Below are positions 28,842 through 38,380 of a stretch of 64,000 nt of DNA, in pieces. The stretch is from NCBI GenBank assembly GCA_029866005.1, contig JARXAE010000027.1:906-64905 (forward strand). The letters run 5' to 3'. A program made the position numbers and the translations under genes. Below the pieces are notes generated by a model that worked only from the letters and a program-made list of their open reading frames with translations, did no database searches and was not told the DNA's origin. Every line of letters starts with the position of its first letter. The stretch's first letter is position 1. This DNA comes from Fimbriimonas sp. GTDB lineage: Bacteria; Armatimonadota; Fimbriimonadia; Fimbriimonadales; Fimbriimonadaceae.

Positions 28842-30088
28842 GCCGCGACGATCTTTTCTTGTGATTGCTTGACTTCGGGCATGAAGAACGCTAGGATGAT
28901 CGCGGGGATGTAGAGGAATCCGGCGTAGTAGAACGTTTCACGAGGGATCAGTGACGCGGCTGAGAAGGTGCCTGCGGCGGTAATGAGTCGCCCCGCGTTA
29001 TAGCAGAATCCAGCGCCCGTGGTCCTTAGAAGTGTTGGGAAGAGCATCGGGAAATAGAGTGGGAAGGCACCAAACACCCCGAGACCGAAGAACGCTGCGG
29101 CGGAAATCCAAATCTGCGAAGACGCCAGGCTACGCTCCTGCGAGAAGCCGAAGATGAATACGAACAGAGCTGCGGAGAGGGCAAAGATAAACCCTTTTCG
29201 ATAACCGACTTTTTGCGTCACGAACGCCATGAAGAAGTTTCCGGCGATGTTGACTAGCGTAAACAGTATTGTTCCGTTGACTACGATGTAGTCCAGTTCG
29301 GCCTTTGGAAGCCCCTTGTTTTCAACGTGGGTTCGGATCATTCCCGGCCCGAAGTAGAGGATAGTCCAAGCCCCGAGGAGTGTGATCGTGGACATGGCAA
29401 GCACCTTGAGGGTTGTTGGCAGGACCGCCCTTCCGAACAGCTCAGATACTTTGGGCATCACTTGCTTCGACTTGTTCTCCAGCCACTCTTCCGGTTCGGG
29501 AACGGCTTTTCGAATCCACAGGGTGACCAGCGCAGGAAGTACCCCGATGAGGAAGATATTCTTGTACTCAACCCCAGCGAGGCCCCTTACTGTCAGCGCC
29601 GCAAGGATCATCCCAAACATGTATCCACTTTGAAGAAGCGCGCTTGCCCAATGTCGGAGCCGGTTTGGCACAGTCTCGCCGACGAGAGCGGCACCTGCAG
29701 CCCACTCGCCTCCGATGCCTAATGCTGCGAGGAAACGGAAGATGAGCAGGTGCCACCATTCGGTGGCGAAGTAGCAGAGACCAGTGAAACAGGCGTAAAA
29801 GATGATGGTCAGGTTGAGTGTCTTTGTGCGTCCGAGGGAGTCTCCGATGCGTCCGAATACGGCGCCACCGAGTGCCCAGCCAACCAGGAAGACCGCCTGG
29901 ATGAGGGCTGCTTTATCCTTGACTGCCTGATCGGAACCCGGCAACTTCATTAACCCAGCGACGAGAGGCAGGGCAACCAAGGTGTAGAGGAAGCCGTCAA
30001 GCCCATCAAAAGCCCAACCGAGCCAGGCGGCGAGGAAGCCGAGCTTCTTTTGCTTCCCGAATTCTTCCGTCGTCGACGTTGACGTCAC
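28838..30088 (-). CDS. MFS transporter
   Basis: WAFDGLD, GRIGDSLGR, FRFLAALGIGGEW, PTLLRTTGAGFCYNAGR. Confidence 0.92.
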   Translation of the reverse strand: MTSTSTTEEFGKQKKLGFLAAWLGWAFDGLDGFLYTLVALPLVAGLMKLPGSDQAVKDKAALIQAVFLVGWALGGAVFGRIGDSLGRTKTLNLTIIFYACFTGLCYFATEWWHLLIFRFLAALGIGGEWAAGAALVGETVPNRLRHWASALLQSGYMFGMILAALTVRGLAGVEYKNIFLIGVLPALVTLWIRKAVPEPEEWLENKSKQVMPKVSELFGRAVLPTTLKVLAMSTITLLGAWTILYFGPGMIRTHVENKGLPKAELDYIVVNGTILFTLVNIAGNFFMAFVTQKVGYRKGFIFALSAALFVFIFGFSQERSLASSQIWISAAAFFGLGVFGAFPLYFPMLFPTLLRTTGAGFCYNAGRLITAAGTFSAASLIPRETFYYAGFLYIPAIILAFFMPEVKQSQEKIVAA

Positions 30089-30193
30089 GCGGAGATTATA
30101 ACCTCAACTCCTAGAGAGCGGTGGTGTGAATCAGTCGTAACGTGACAAGTTCCAACGACGAAGGTGAGACTGCCTTCGTCTCATAAGATAACA

Positions 30194-31036
30194 ATGCTAC
30201 TTGCTGCCGTACTCCTTGCTCAAACTTCCGTGGAACTGACCAGAATCGGTTCGATTGAATCCAAGAAGATCAATGAGATGAGCGGGATTGCTCGGTCGAT
30301 CCGGTTCCCGTATGCGTATTGGGTTCACAACGATAGCGGGGACAAAGCACGGGTGTTTGCGATTGATCGGCAAGGGAAGTCGATCGGGGCGCATGAAGGG
30401 GTTGAGATCGAGGGGGCGGTTAATCTGGATTGGGAGGATATCGCGGTGGATGGCGACACGATCTATGTTGCCGACACCGGGAACAACTTGAACTTTCGGA
30501 AGGAGTTGACCGTTTATGCGATCAAAGACTTTGACCCGGTTCAGGCAACGACTTCGGCGGTATTTCGCTCGTACCGCTTGATCTGGCCGGATCAGAAGGA
30601 GTTTCCGCCGGAGGGCGAGTGGAACTTCGATTGCGAGGCTTTGTCGGTGCGGAAGGGCACGATGTATTTTCTGACCAAATGGCGGGATAAGAGTCACAGG
30701 CTTCCGGCCCAAGGGGCTTCGCTGTATCGGCTTAAAAATGCTTCAACGAGCAAGGTTAACTTTCCGGAAAAGTTGGATACCAAGCTCGATCTGGGCGGAT
30801 GGGTGACGGCTTGCGATCTGTCGCCGGACGGACGGCGGCTGGCCGTGTTGGTTCAGGCTCCCCAGCAGTCGGTTTGGATCTTTGATATGACCAAAGGGGA
30901 CAAGGTGTTGTCGCACCCGCTGCGGCAGATTAAGTTCAAAGGAGCGAAGCAGTGCGAGGCGATTTGTTGGGACGAAAAGGACAAGCTGATCGTGACGAAC
31001 GAGCAGGGGGATTTGTTTGAGGTTGCGGCTCCCTAA
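30194..31036 (+). CDS. Secreted beta-propeller-like hypothetical protein
   Basis: EMSGI, WVHNDSG, DWEDIA, DTGNN, FDCEAL, QCEAICW; short signal peptide from ATG 30194. Confidence 0.7.
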   Translation: MLLAAVLLAQTSVELTRIGSIESKKINEMSGIARSIRFPYAYWVHNDSGDKARVFAIDRQGKSIGAHEGVEIEGAVNLDWEDIAVDGDTIYVADTGNNLNFRKELTVYAIKDFDPVQATTSAVFRSYRLIWPDQKEFPPEGEWNFDCEALSVRKGTMYFLTKWRDKSHRLPAQGASLYRLKNASTSKVNFPEKLDTKLDLGGWVTACDLSPDGRRLAVLVQAPQQSVWIFDMTKGDKVLSHPLRQIKFKGAKQCEAICWDEKDKLIVTNEQGDLFEVAAP

Positions 31037-31511
31037 CCGATCGGCCGTTTGTCACTTCTTCTTGCTCGGGCTTTGCGCCTGGGTGGGACCTGCGCTGTAC
31101 ATGTTCGTCCCGTTTTCTCACGCGGGAAATCAAATTGGCAGAATTTGGTGGGCTTTTGGGATTCTCGAGGGCTCGTTTGCGTGGCTCTTCCGACACCATT
31201 TCAAGGGCAAGCTGGTATCTCAACTGTTGAAGAGTTACTTAACACTAGTCAGCGGAGGATGTGCCATTGCAGGAGGTTTCGCACTTGCCCGGTGGGTGGG
31301 ACTTACCGCCTTTGAGCCAGAACTCTCGGATGGTGGCTGCGTACCCATTGGGCTGGAAACGCCACTTCATATGCTAATTTTCGAAGTCATGAATGCGATT
31401 TGTGCGTTACCGACTCTCCTGTTTTTGGGATCCCTCACGGCTGGCGGTTTTTTCGTGAGCACGAAAAGCTCCTTATCAATTCGCGAACCTGGAGTGGTGG
31501 ACCAAAAATAA
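31017..31511 (+). CDS. Hypothetical membrane protein (start uncertain)
   Basis: Fills the gap with about 4 hydrophobic segments; no family recognised. Confidence 0.5.
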   Translation: MRLRLPNRSAVCHFFLLGLCAWVGPALYMFVPFSHAGNQIGRIWWAFGILEGSFAWLFRHHFKGKLVSQLLKSYLTLVSGGCAIAGGFALARWVGLTAFEPELSDGGCVPIGLETPLHMLIFEVMNAICALPTLLFLGSLTAGGFFVSTKSSLSIREPGVVDQK

Positions 31512-31537
31512 AGCCTCGGGATCGAGGATCCCGAGGC
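31503..31537 (-). terminator. Intrinsic terminator after ssb
   Basis: GCCTCGGGATC / GATCCCGAGGC stem; the A-rich run at 31504-31512 reads as a U-tract on the minus strand. Confidence 0.8.
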
Positions 31538-31561
31538 AGCAGTGGGAGTTAACTCTTCTGC

Positions 31562-31975
31562 TTATTCGTCGGCGAATGGGTCGTACTCGTCGGCGGCAGG
31601 AGCGGGGGCGTTTGAGGCGGCTCGGGGAGCCGCTCCACCAGCACCAGCGGCGTCGTCTCGAGGACGATCGAGGCCGTTGACGTTATCGGCAACGACTTCG
31701 ACGGTCTCACGGTTGGCGCCACTTTGGTCGGTCCATTTCCGGGTGTCGAGCCGACCGTCAACCGAGACCAGGCGGCCTTTGGTGAGGTAGGTGTTGACGT
31801 ATTCCGCAGTTTGTCCCCAAGCGGTGACTCGGAAGAAGTCTGCTTCGGTGCCGTCTTGCGCTTTGACGCGCTTGTTGACGGCGATGGAGAACGAGACAAC
31901 GCTCTTTCCAGTTGTTGTGGTTCGCATTTCAGGATCGCGAACCAATCGACCGATGAGAACAACGCGGTTGAGCAT
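31562..31975 (-). CDS. ssb: Single-stranded DNA-binding protein
   Basis: MLNRVVLIGRLVRDPE, ADFFRVTAW, KGRLVSVDGRL; acidic tail DEYDPFADE. Confidence 0.97.
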   Translation of the reverse strand: MLNRVVLIGRLVRDPEMRTTTTGKSVVSFSIAVNKRVKAQDGTEADFFRVTAWGQTAEYVNTYLTKGRLVSVDGRLDTRKWTDQSGANRETVEVVADNVNGLDRPRDDAAGAGGAAPRAASNAPAPAADEYDPFADE

Positions 31976-31981
31976 GGTTTC

Positions 31982-32317
31982 TTATGCCTCGACTGCGACA
32001 GCAGCGGCTTCAGCCGGAGCGGTGACTTCTTCTTGCTTGACGATGGTGTGGCGAAGGACGTCATCGCTGATGCGCATCAATCGGTTCAGCTCGGCAGGAA
32101 CGGTGCCGGGAGCTTCGAAGTGCATGATGATGTAGTTGCCTTCTTTGATGTCCTCGATCTCATAGGCGAACTTTCGCTTTTCCCAGAGCCCGGCCTTGGA
32201 AACGGTTCCGCCGTTGTCGGTGACGATCTTGCTGAACTTGTCAGCGATCTTGGTGATGTCTGCGTCCTTCAGCTCTGGTCGGACGATATAAAGTGCTTCG
32301 TAATTTCGATTAGCCAT
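31982..32317 (-). CDS. rpsF: 30S ribosomal protein S6
   Basis: RNYEALYIVRPEL, WEKRKFAYEI, GNYIIMHF, ELNRLMRISDDVLRH. Confidence 0.96.
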   Translation of the reverse strand: MANRNYEALYIVRPELKDADITKIADKFSKIVTDNGGTVSKAGLWEKRKFAYEIEDIKEGNYIIMHFEAPGTVPAELNRLMRISDDVLRHTIVKQEEVTAPAEAAAVAVEA

Positions 32318-32383
32318 TGTTCTCCCTAGGGTCTATCGGCCCGACTCAATCAAGGTCGGACAGAGAGGTAGACGAAGAGTATA
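32318..32383 (-). promoter_or_regulatory. rpsF promoter -10 and structured leader (candidate S6:S18-binding motif)
   Basis: TATACT at 32383-32378; stems GTCTA/TAGAC and CCGAC/GTCGG with an unpaired CCG; SD GGGAG. Confidence 0.6.
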
Positions 32384-32418
32384 CCGCGACGTACGAAGAG
32401 GCCTAAACGATTCGGTTG

Positions 32419-33108
32419 TTACTCGAGAACCGTCCCGTTGACGCCGAGTTTGAAATCGTAGCCGAAAAGCTCGGCTGAGTGGCGGCACATGATCATTCGA
32501 TGGAGGAAGATTTCGAAATACTCCATGACGGTCGCCATAGTGTTGTCAATCTCGAGAACTAGCTGGATTGTTCTCGCTTCGTTGTCCATCTCAACTCGGC
32601 TTTTTTGGACGGCGGCGTTGACACGATCATGGATGTCGTAGGTTTCGATGATCGGATTCTGCACTCGGCTGAAGTGGACATCGCTCTTGTCCGCGATGAT
32701 GAGGGCGGCAGATATAGTGGAAATGGGGAGCCCGCTTGACTCCTCGTGATTGCCGATTGCGCTGAGAATAGGGGCGATTTCGGCGGCGTCCATTCCCATC
32801 TCGTTTAGGATGACGAAAGCGATGCTTGCGCCATGCATGGGATGATTTACGCGGTGAATGACATTTCCGATGTCATGGAGATAGGCGGCAATTTGACCCA
32901 GCTCAATCTCTCGTTCGCTTACCTTCAGGTTGTCGAGGATGTAGCGGGTAATTGAGGACACGACTCCGACATGACGGTGTCCGTGTTCGGTGTAACCCAT
33001 GGCCCGCATCACTTCGTTCGCGCCATCGATCAGCTTTTTCACCTTCGGGTTCGCCTTCACTTCTTTGAGAGTGATTGGCTTTGGACTCAGAACGGAAAGA
33101 TTCTCCAT
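32419..33108 (-). CDS. HD-domain phosphohydrolase
   Basis: YTEHGHRH, AAYLHDIGN, IGNHEE, LIIADKSDVH. Confidence 0.9.
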   Translation of the reverse strand: MENLSVLSPKPITLKEVKANPKVKKLIDGANEVMRAMGYTEHGHRHVGVVSSITRYILDNLKVSEREIELGQIAAYLHDIGNVIHRVNHPMHGASIAFVILNEMGMDAAEIAPILSAIGNHEESSGLPISTISAALIIADKSDVHFSRVQNPIIETYDIHDRVNAAVQKSRVEMDNEARTIQLVLEIDNTMATVMEYFEIFLHRMIMCRHSAELFGYDFKLGVNGTVLE

Positions 33109-33123
33109 TGAACTGATTTAACT

Positions 33124-33714
33124 CTACTCGTATTTAAGAAGATCCATGGCGACGACGAGGCTGCCATTGGTGCGTTGCTCTTGTTTGACGATGCCTTTGC
33201 CCTTTTCGAACCACGTTCGGACTTCCATGTTGGCTCCGCCAATGGAAAGTTCGAGGATGGTTTGGACGAGCTCTGCTTTGTTTCCTGGGAGCTTAGTTGA
33301 GCGCTGGCGAAGGATTGCGCCGGCGGGTCGTGTGATGCCAAAGCTCTCAATCTTGCCCTTCCAAGTGTGAGCCTGGGTGAATGCGTCGCCTTGGCTCTTG
33401 CTCTTCTGTGGGATCTTTGCGGTGTCCAACAAGGGGACGGGGACGGAGAATCGACAGTTGGCGAACTCGGAGACGACGAGCTTGGTGTCTTTCCACGCCA
33501 TCCGCGATTCGCCAAGCGAGCCAACTATTCGCCAGCCCTTCGTTGAACCAACTGCGGTGGGCTCGACGACCCGAAGGGTTGAGATGTTGCGCTGGAATCC
33601 GGCCCTAACTTCGTATCCCCACTCTTTACCTTTCGCGAGGGGCATGTAGTCGCCGGAGCTGCTGCCACAGCCTGCGAGTGCGGCGAGTGGGATCAGGAAA
33701 GCGATCTGTTTCAT
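33124..33714 (-). CDS. Hypothetical lipoprotein
   Basis: Lipobox LAGC; start at ATG 33714 overlaps the pcrA stop. Confidence 0.8.
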   Translation of the reverse strand: MKQIAFLIPLAALAGCGSSSGDYMPLAKGKEWGYEVRAGFQRNISTLRVVEPTAVGSTKGWRIVGSLGESRMAWKDTKLVVSEFANCRFSVPVPLLDTAKIPQKSKSQGDAFTQAHTWKGKIESFGITRPAGAILRQRSTKLPGNKAELVQTILELSIGGANMEVRTWFEKGKGIVKQEQRTNGSLVVAMDLLKYE

Positions 33715-35939
33715 GCCTCCACCTTTTCGAGCTTGGCCAGTTTTTGCACAAGCTTTTTGATGCCTGTCACGCCTGGGAAGGCTACGGTGACCTCGAAATC
33801 GTCTTTGATGGGGTTGCATGCGATGCAGACTCCGACGCCGAACTTCGCGTGCCGAACTCGATCACCGACTTGGAATGGAGCCTTTGCCGCGAAGTTTTGC
33901 ACGGGCTTGGGGGGATCGTTGACGATGTAGCCGCCAGACCGGGTGGGAGTGACGGTTCGGGCGGGACGCTCGAAGTTTCCGCCGTAGCCTCCGGGAGCGG
34001 CTTCGCCACGGAGATCGATGATATCGGCGGGAATGTCGTCGATGAACCTTGAGCGAGCGTTGAAGTTCGGCATTCCGTAGAGCGATCGGCGGTGGGCGTG
34101 GGAGATATGCAGCTCCTCGCGGGCGCGGGTCATGCCAACGTAGCAGAGCCTGCGCTCCTCTTCGAGTTCCGAATCTGAATAAAGCGAGCGCGAGTGAGGG
34201 AAGACACCTTCCTCGAGTCCGGCGAGAAAGACGACAGGGAATTCGAGGCCCTTGGCAGAGTGGAGAGTCATCAAGGTGACCGCGTTGGAGCCGTCTACAA
34301 GGTTATCAATGTCAGCAACCAGCGAGACGCTCTCTAAGAACATCCCGAGGTTGACCTCTTCGGCGGTTTCGTCGAACTGAGAGGTCACGTTGAGGAGTTC
34401 TTGAAGGTTTTCGAGTCGGCCGAGAGCTTCCTCGGAGTGTTCAGCTTTCAGCGCATCAAGGTAGCCAGACCGGCTCATGATAAGCCGAAGAATCGGAGTG
34501 ACAGGTCCTTGCTCCATCATTTGGACTGCTTCTTCGATGGCGTCGGAGAAGACTCGGATGGAGGAGGCGGCTTTCTTCTGCATGCAGGCTTGCACGCCTT
34601 GATCCTGGGACGCTACGAAAAGAGAGCACTGGTTGATGGCGGCGTATTGCTCCATCGCCTGCACTGCGGAGTTGCCGATTCCACGGGTGGGGGTGTTGAT
34701 GACACGCCGGAAGCTGACGTCATCCCTGGTGTTGTAGATGAGCCGGAGGTAGGAGATCATGTCCTTGATCTCGCGCCGCTCGTAGAATCGCTGTCCGCCG
34801 ATGAGCATGTGTGGGATGCGGTTTGTGAGGAAGGCTTCTTCAACCACGCGGCTTTGGGCGTTGGTTCGGTACAGAATAGCGAAGTCGCGGAATTGTCGGC
34901 GACCGCTTCGGACGTCGCGAAGGACGTCGGAGGCGATGTTCATCGCCTCATCCTGCTCGGTGCCGGACATTGTGAGGGTGATCGGCGCTCCAGTGCCGTT
35001 TTCGGTCCAGAGTTCCTTGGAAGCACGAGAGCGGTTCTTCTTGATGACTTCGTTGGCGCCAGTAAGGATGTTTTGGGTGGAGCGGTAGTTGCGTTCGAGC
35101 TTGATGATTTTGGCGTCGGGATAGTCGCTGCCGAACTTCAAGATGAGGCTAACGTCGGCTCCTCGCCAGCCATAGATCGACTGGTCGTCGTCGCCGACGA
35201 CAACGACGTTTCGGTGGTGGGCCGCCATGAGGTGGACGATGTTGTACTGGGCGAGGTTGACGTCCTGGTATTCGTCGACCATGACGTGCTGAAAGCGCTT
35301 CTGATACTTTTCGCGAACTTCGGCGCGCTGCTCGAGGAGGCGATTGACGAAGTACAGAATGTCGTCGAAGTCAAGTGCGTTAGCTCTTTGTAGGGCTTCG
35401 TTGTAAGACTTGAAGATATCGCAGACGACTTGCTCGAAGAAACCCGCCGCACGTTCTTTGTACTGCTCAGGGCTCAGGAGTTTTTCCTTGGCTCTCGAAA
35501 TCTCGTTGAGGACGGCTCGGGGCTGGATCGATTTATCGTCGATGTTCTTCTTCTTGAAGATGTCCTTGATAATGGATAGCTGATCACCATCGTCGTAGAT
35601 CACGAAGTTTCGATCGATCCCAATGGCAGAGCCATCGATACGCAGGATGCGTGCGCAAAGCGAGTGGAAGGTGCCGATCCAGAGCCCTTTCGCTTGTTCT
35701 CCGACGAGCGGAGTAATGCGCTCAACCATCTCTTTAGCGGCTTTGTTCGTAAATGTGACCGCCAAAATGCACTGCGAAGGGACACCCTCTTCGATGAGTC
35801 TGGCGATTCGATAAGTGATGACGCGAGTCTTGCCTGAACCCGCCCCAGCAAAAATGAGCAAGGGCCCACCAGGGTGGACGACCGCTTCGTATTGCTCGGG
35901 GTTGAGGGATGCCAAGTCGAGCGCGGTAGTCATGGGCAT
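33711..35939 (-). CDS. pcrA: UvrD/PcrA ATP-dependent DNA helicase
   Basis: AGAGSGKT, TFTNKAA, VDEYQD, VGDDDQSIYGWRGA, LERNYRST, LMTLHSAKGLEF, EERRLCYVGMTRA; C-terminal Tudor-like domain. Confidence 0.97.
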   Translation of the reverse strand: MPMTTALDLASLNPEQYEAVVHPGGPLLIFAGAGSGKTRVITYRIARLIEEGVPSQCILAVTFTNKAAKEMVERITPLVGEQAKGLWIGTFHSLCARILRIDGSAIGIDRNFVIYDDGDQLSIIKDIFKKKNIDDKSIQPRAVLNEISRAKEKLLSPEQYKERAAGFFEQVVCDIFKSYNEALQRANALDFDDILYFVNRLLEQRAEVREKYQKRFQHVMVDEYQDVNLAQYNIVHLMAAHHRNVVVVGDDDQSIYGWRGADVSLILKFGSDYPDAKIIKLERNYRSTQNILTGANEVIKKNRSRASKELWTENGTGAPITLTMSGTEQDEAMNIASDVLRDVRSGRRQFRDFAILYRTNAQSRVVEEAFLTNRIPHMLIGGQRFYERREIKDMISYLRLIYNTRDDVSFRRVINTPTRGIGNSAVQAMEQYAAINQCSLFVASQDQGVQACMQKKAASSIRVFSDAIEEAVQMMEQGPVTPILRLIMSRSGYLDALKAEHSEEALGRLENLQELLNVTSQFDETAEEVNLGMFLESVSLVADIDNLVDGSNAVTLMTLHSAKGLEFPVVFLAGLEEGVFPHSRSLYSDSELEEERRLCYVGMTRAREELHISHAHRRSLYGMPNFNARSRFIDDIPADIIDLRGEAAPGGYGGNFERPARTVTPTRSGGYIVNDPPKPVQNFAAKAPFQVGDRVRHAKFGVGVCIACNPIKDDFEVTVAFPGVTGIKKLVQKLAKLEKVEA

Positions 35940-36040
35940 AAAAATTATGAACTACCCCAAAGAAACTTGCACGAAAACGTGACTTCCCGTTAGACTAGAG
36001 CGTCATACTCGTAAATTAGGGTTGGAGATTAAGTAGAGAC

Positions 36041-37531
36041 GTGATGAAACGAGCAGTTTGGAGCATCATTTTTGGTGGAGCATCAGTTTTGGCAGTCGCC
36101 CAAGGCTCTTTCACCATTGTTCGCCCGTTTGACGGGTCAAAGGTTCGCGAGACGATTAAGGTCTTGATGCCAAAGAGCAGTGTTCCGGAAGGAACCGGCT
36201 ACGTGGGCGTCTTCCTTGACGGGCAGTTCCGAGAGGCATTCGTTCCGAAGGCATCGAAAGATGGCAAGTACTTGGAATATTCTCTCAACACTAAGAGCAT
36301 TGAGGACGGTTCACACAAACTTGAACTGAAACTCTACGTAGACTACAGCAGCCAGCCTCGCATCGTTGACACGAGTTCGGTTGATATTGTTGTTGCCAAC
36401 AAATCGAGCATCAATGTTCCTGAAGATGGAATCAGCATGCGCTATGCATTCCGACCGGGCACAGAGTCGGTCTACCGACTGCGTCAGCGCCAAGTTGTCA
36501 ACGTGATCAGCGAAAGCGATCAGAAGAAGGGCAGCGATCGTCCTTTCGAGATCAACGAAGAGGGTGAGGCAATTCGACTGCTCTATGCCTGCGACAACGC
36601 TTACGCAAATGGCGAAGGTTTGATGAGATTGCAGGTTTTGGCAGACAAGGGGATCAACAACCGTGAATACGCCAAACTGACGACAACCGGCGCATCTGCA
36701 GCCCAGAAGTTCTATCCAGAAAACATGGCTCCGATCTATATGAGAATCACTTCCACCGGACGAGAGATCTTTGGTTCGGTTCCTGATTACTTCGGATTCG
36801 ATGGAAATGTCGGTGGTGGAGACAGGCTTGGACTGTACGCATCCTTCCCACTTCCAGTTTTGCCGACCAAGAGTGTTCGACCTGGCGATACATGGCAAGC
36901 GGCCTTCCAGCAAGGTGCACTAGACCTTAATAAGAAGAGCGAAGTCAACACTGTCGTAACCACGACAATCGCTCGCGGTGAGTTCAAGTGGGTCGAATGG
37001 GAGCAGGGGCACCCATGCGCTGTCATCAAAAATTCAATCGCTCAAGGTAGCCCAGTCAAGGCGAAAGTTGGATCTCAGTTCCAAGATATTGCAGATCGAA
37101 AAGTGTCTGTCGAAGAGACCATCTGGTTTGCGCTTGACACAAAGCAGATCGTCCAGTACTACCGAGATATCACTACCGAAGGTAAAGCTGATTTTGGCTT
37201 CACCTCGGGCAACTCAGGTGACGGAGCTGGCGTTTCCGGACCGGGCGGCGGGTCGCGACCTTCGGGAGGACGACTTGGCGGAGGATCTGGAAAGGGGCCG
37301 GACGATTTCTCTCACAAGAAGGGTGGCGCTACTGGGCTTCTCCAAAAAGGAGGAGGGGCACGTCCTCCCTCTGGCGGCGCCCCACGTGGTGGTGGTGCTT
37401 CTGCCCCTGGAGTCGGCGCTGGAGGTCCACCACCTTCCGGTGGAGCTGGAGGAGTTGGAGGAGCTGGAGCACAAGGCGCACCAAGTTTCGTTCGAATTCG
37501 GTCACAGTTGATCTTTACGTTGGAAAAGTAA
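36041..37531 (+). CDS. Secreted hypothetical protein with a Gly/Pro-rich low-complexity segment
   Basis: Signal peptide, Ig-like N-terminal region, beta-rich core, long G/P/S-rich stretch before the last strand. Confidence 0.8.
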   Translation: MMKRAVWSIIFGGASVLAVAQGSFTIVRPFDGSKVRETIKVLMPKSSVPEGTGYVGVFLDGQFREAFVPKASKDGKYLEYSLNTKSIEDGSHKLELKLYVDYSSQPRIVDTSSVDIVVANKSSINVPEDGISMRYAFRPGTESVYRLRQRQVVNVISESDQKKGSDRPFEINEEGEAIRLLYACDNAYANGEGLMRLQVLADKGINNREYAKLTTTGASAAQKFYPENMAPIYMRITSTGREIFGSVPDYFGFDGNVGGGDRLGLYASFPLPVLPTKSVRPGDTWQAAFQQGALDLNKKSEVNTVVTTTIARGEFKWVEWEQGHPCAVIKNSIAQGSPVKAKVGSQFQDIADRKVSVEETIWFALDTKQIVQYYRDITTEGKADFGFTSGNSGDGAGVSGPGGGSRPSGGRLGGGSGKGPDDFSHKKGGATGLLQKGGGARPPSGGAPRGGGASAPGVGAGGPPPSGGAGGVGGAGAQGAPSFVRIRSQLIFTLEK

Positions 37532-37534
37532 GGG

Positions 37535-38380
37535 ATGCTAAGGCGTCCAAATTGGAACTCCTCGGATCATGATCCTGAGGAGTTTCGACTTTCCCTGGTT
37601 GGTCACTTAGAGGAACTGCGCAAGCGGGTCATCCGCTCGTTGGTCTTTCTCATTGCCGGCTTCACGGTTGGTTGGTGGTTCTTCAAACCTCTGTTCTCTC
37701 TTCTCACTGATCGCGCGGCGGTTGCGGTTAACGCGACGCTCAAGCCACTTGGGAAGACATACTCTGAGGTATCCCTCCACATGCCCGATTTGTTCTTTCT
37801 GAAGTTCAAATTCTCGGCGTATATCGGTTTAGTCATCGCCCTTCCGTTCATCGTTGTTGAGCTTTGGAACTTCATCGCTCCGGGGCTCAAGCCTTCGGAG
37901 CAGAAACCGTTCAAGCGATTGGCTCCCGCATCGGCATTTTTGTTCTTGCTGGGTGCGTTTTTCGCATGGCTGGTTCTCCCGCAGGCATTTTCCTGGTTTG
38001 CGGCCTACATTGTCGAATTCTCTGATGTTGCGATTACCCAGGAAGTGGGTTCAATGGCGATGCTCTCCCTGAAGACGCTCCTTGCGTTCGGAATTGGCTT
38101 CCAGCTACCCCTCGTTGTCTTCGTACTGGGTGCACTCAACTTGCTCTCTGCTCAGACTTTGATGAAGTATTGGCGACATGCCGCGGTGGCAATTTTCTTC
38201 CTGGCTGGGGCCATTACGCCATCGAACGACCCGGTTTCGATGCTTGCCATCGCGATTCCCATGACGGGACTGTTTGCGATCAGCGTTGTCGCGGTGAAGC
38301 ACACGCAGAAGGGGCGACCTCCAGAGGCTTTCCTTTGGTCGGACCCCGAGGAACTCCCGGCGGGTAATGACTCCGTTTGA
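37535..38380 (+). CDS. tatC: Twin-arginine translocase subunit TatC
   Basis: LVGHLEELRKR, WNFIAPGL, FQLPLV, ITPSNDP; 6 TM segments. Confidence 0.95.
   Translation: MLRRPNWNSSDHDPEEFRLSLVGHLEELRKRVIRSLVFLIAGFTVGWWFFKPLFSLLTDRAAVAVNATLKPLGKTYSEVSLHMPDLFFLKFKFSAYIGLVIALPFIVVELWNFIAPGLKPSEQKPFKRLAPASAFLFLLGAFFAWLVLPQAFSWFAAYIVEFSDVAITQEVGSMAMLSLKTLLAFGIGFQLPLVVFVLGALNLLSAQTLMKYWRHAAVAIFFLAGAITPSNDPVSMLAIAIPMTGLFAISVVAVKHTQKGRPPEAFLWSDPEELPAGNDSV

Noticed and set aside
30110-30183. GGTGTGAATC plus alternative hairpins (GACGAAGG/CCTTCGTC and TGAGAC/GTCTCA) as a cobalamin or other riboswitch
   Set aside because: It lacks the GGGAA, B12-box and other core elements, is too short, and lies upstream of the likely -10 boxes of both flanking genes, so it may not be transcribed.
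34401-35393. 330-aa antisense ORF inside pcrA, and similar shadows at 20115-20876, 40895-41671 and 42188-42835
   Set aside because: They lie opposite well-supported genes, have shadow-like composition and show no motifs or start signals.
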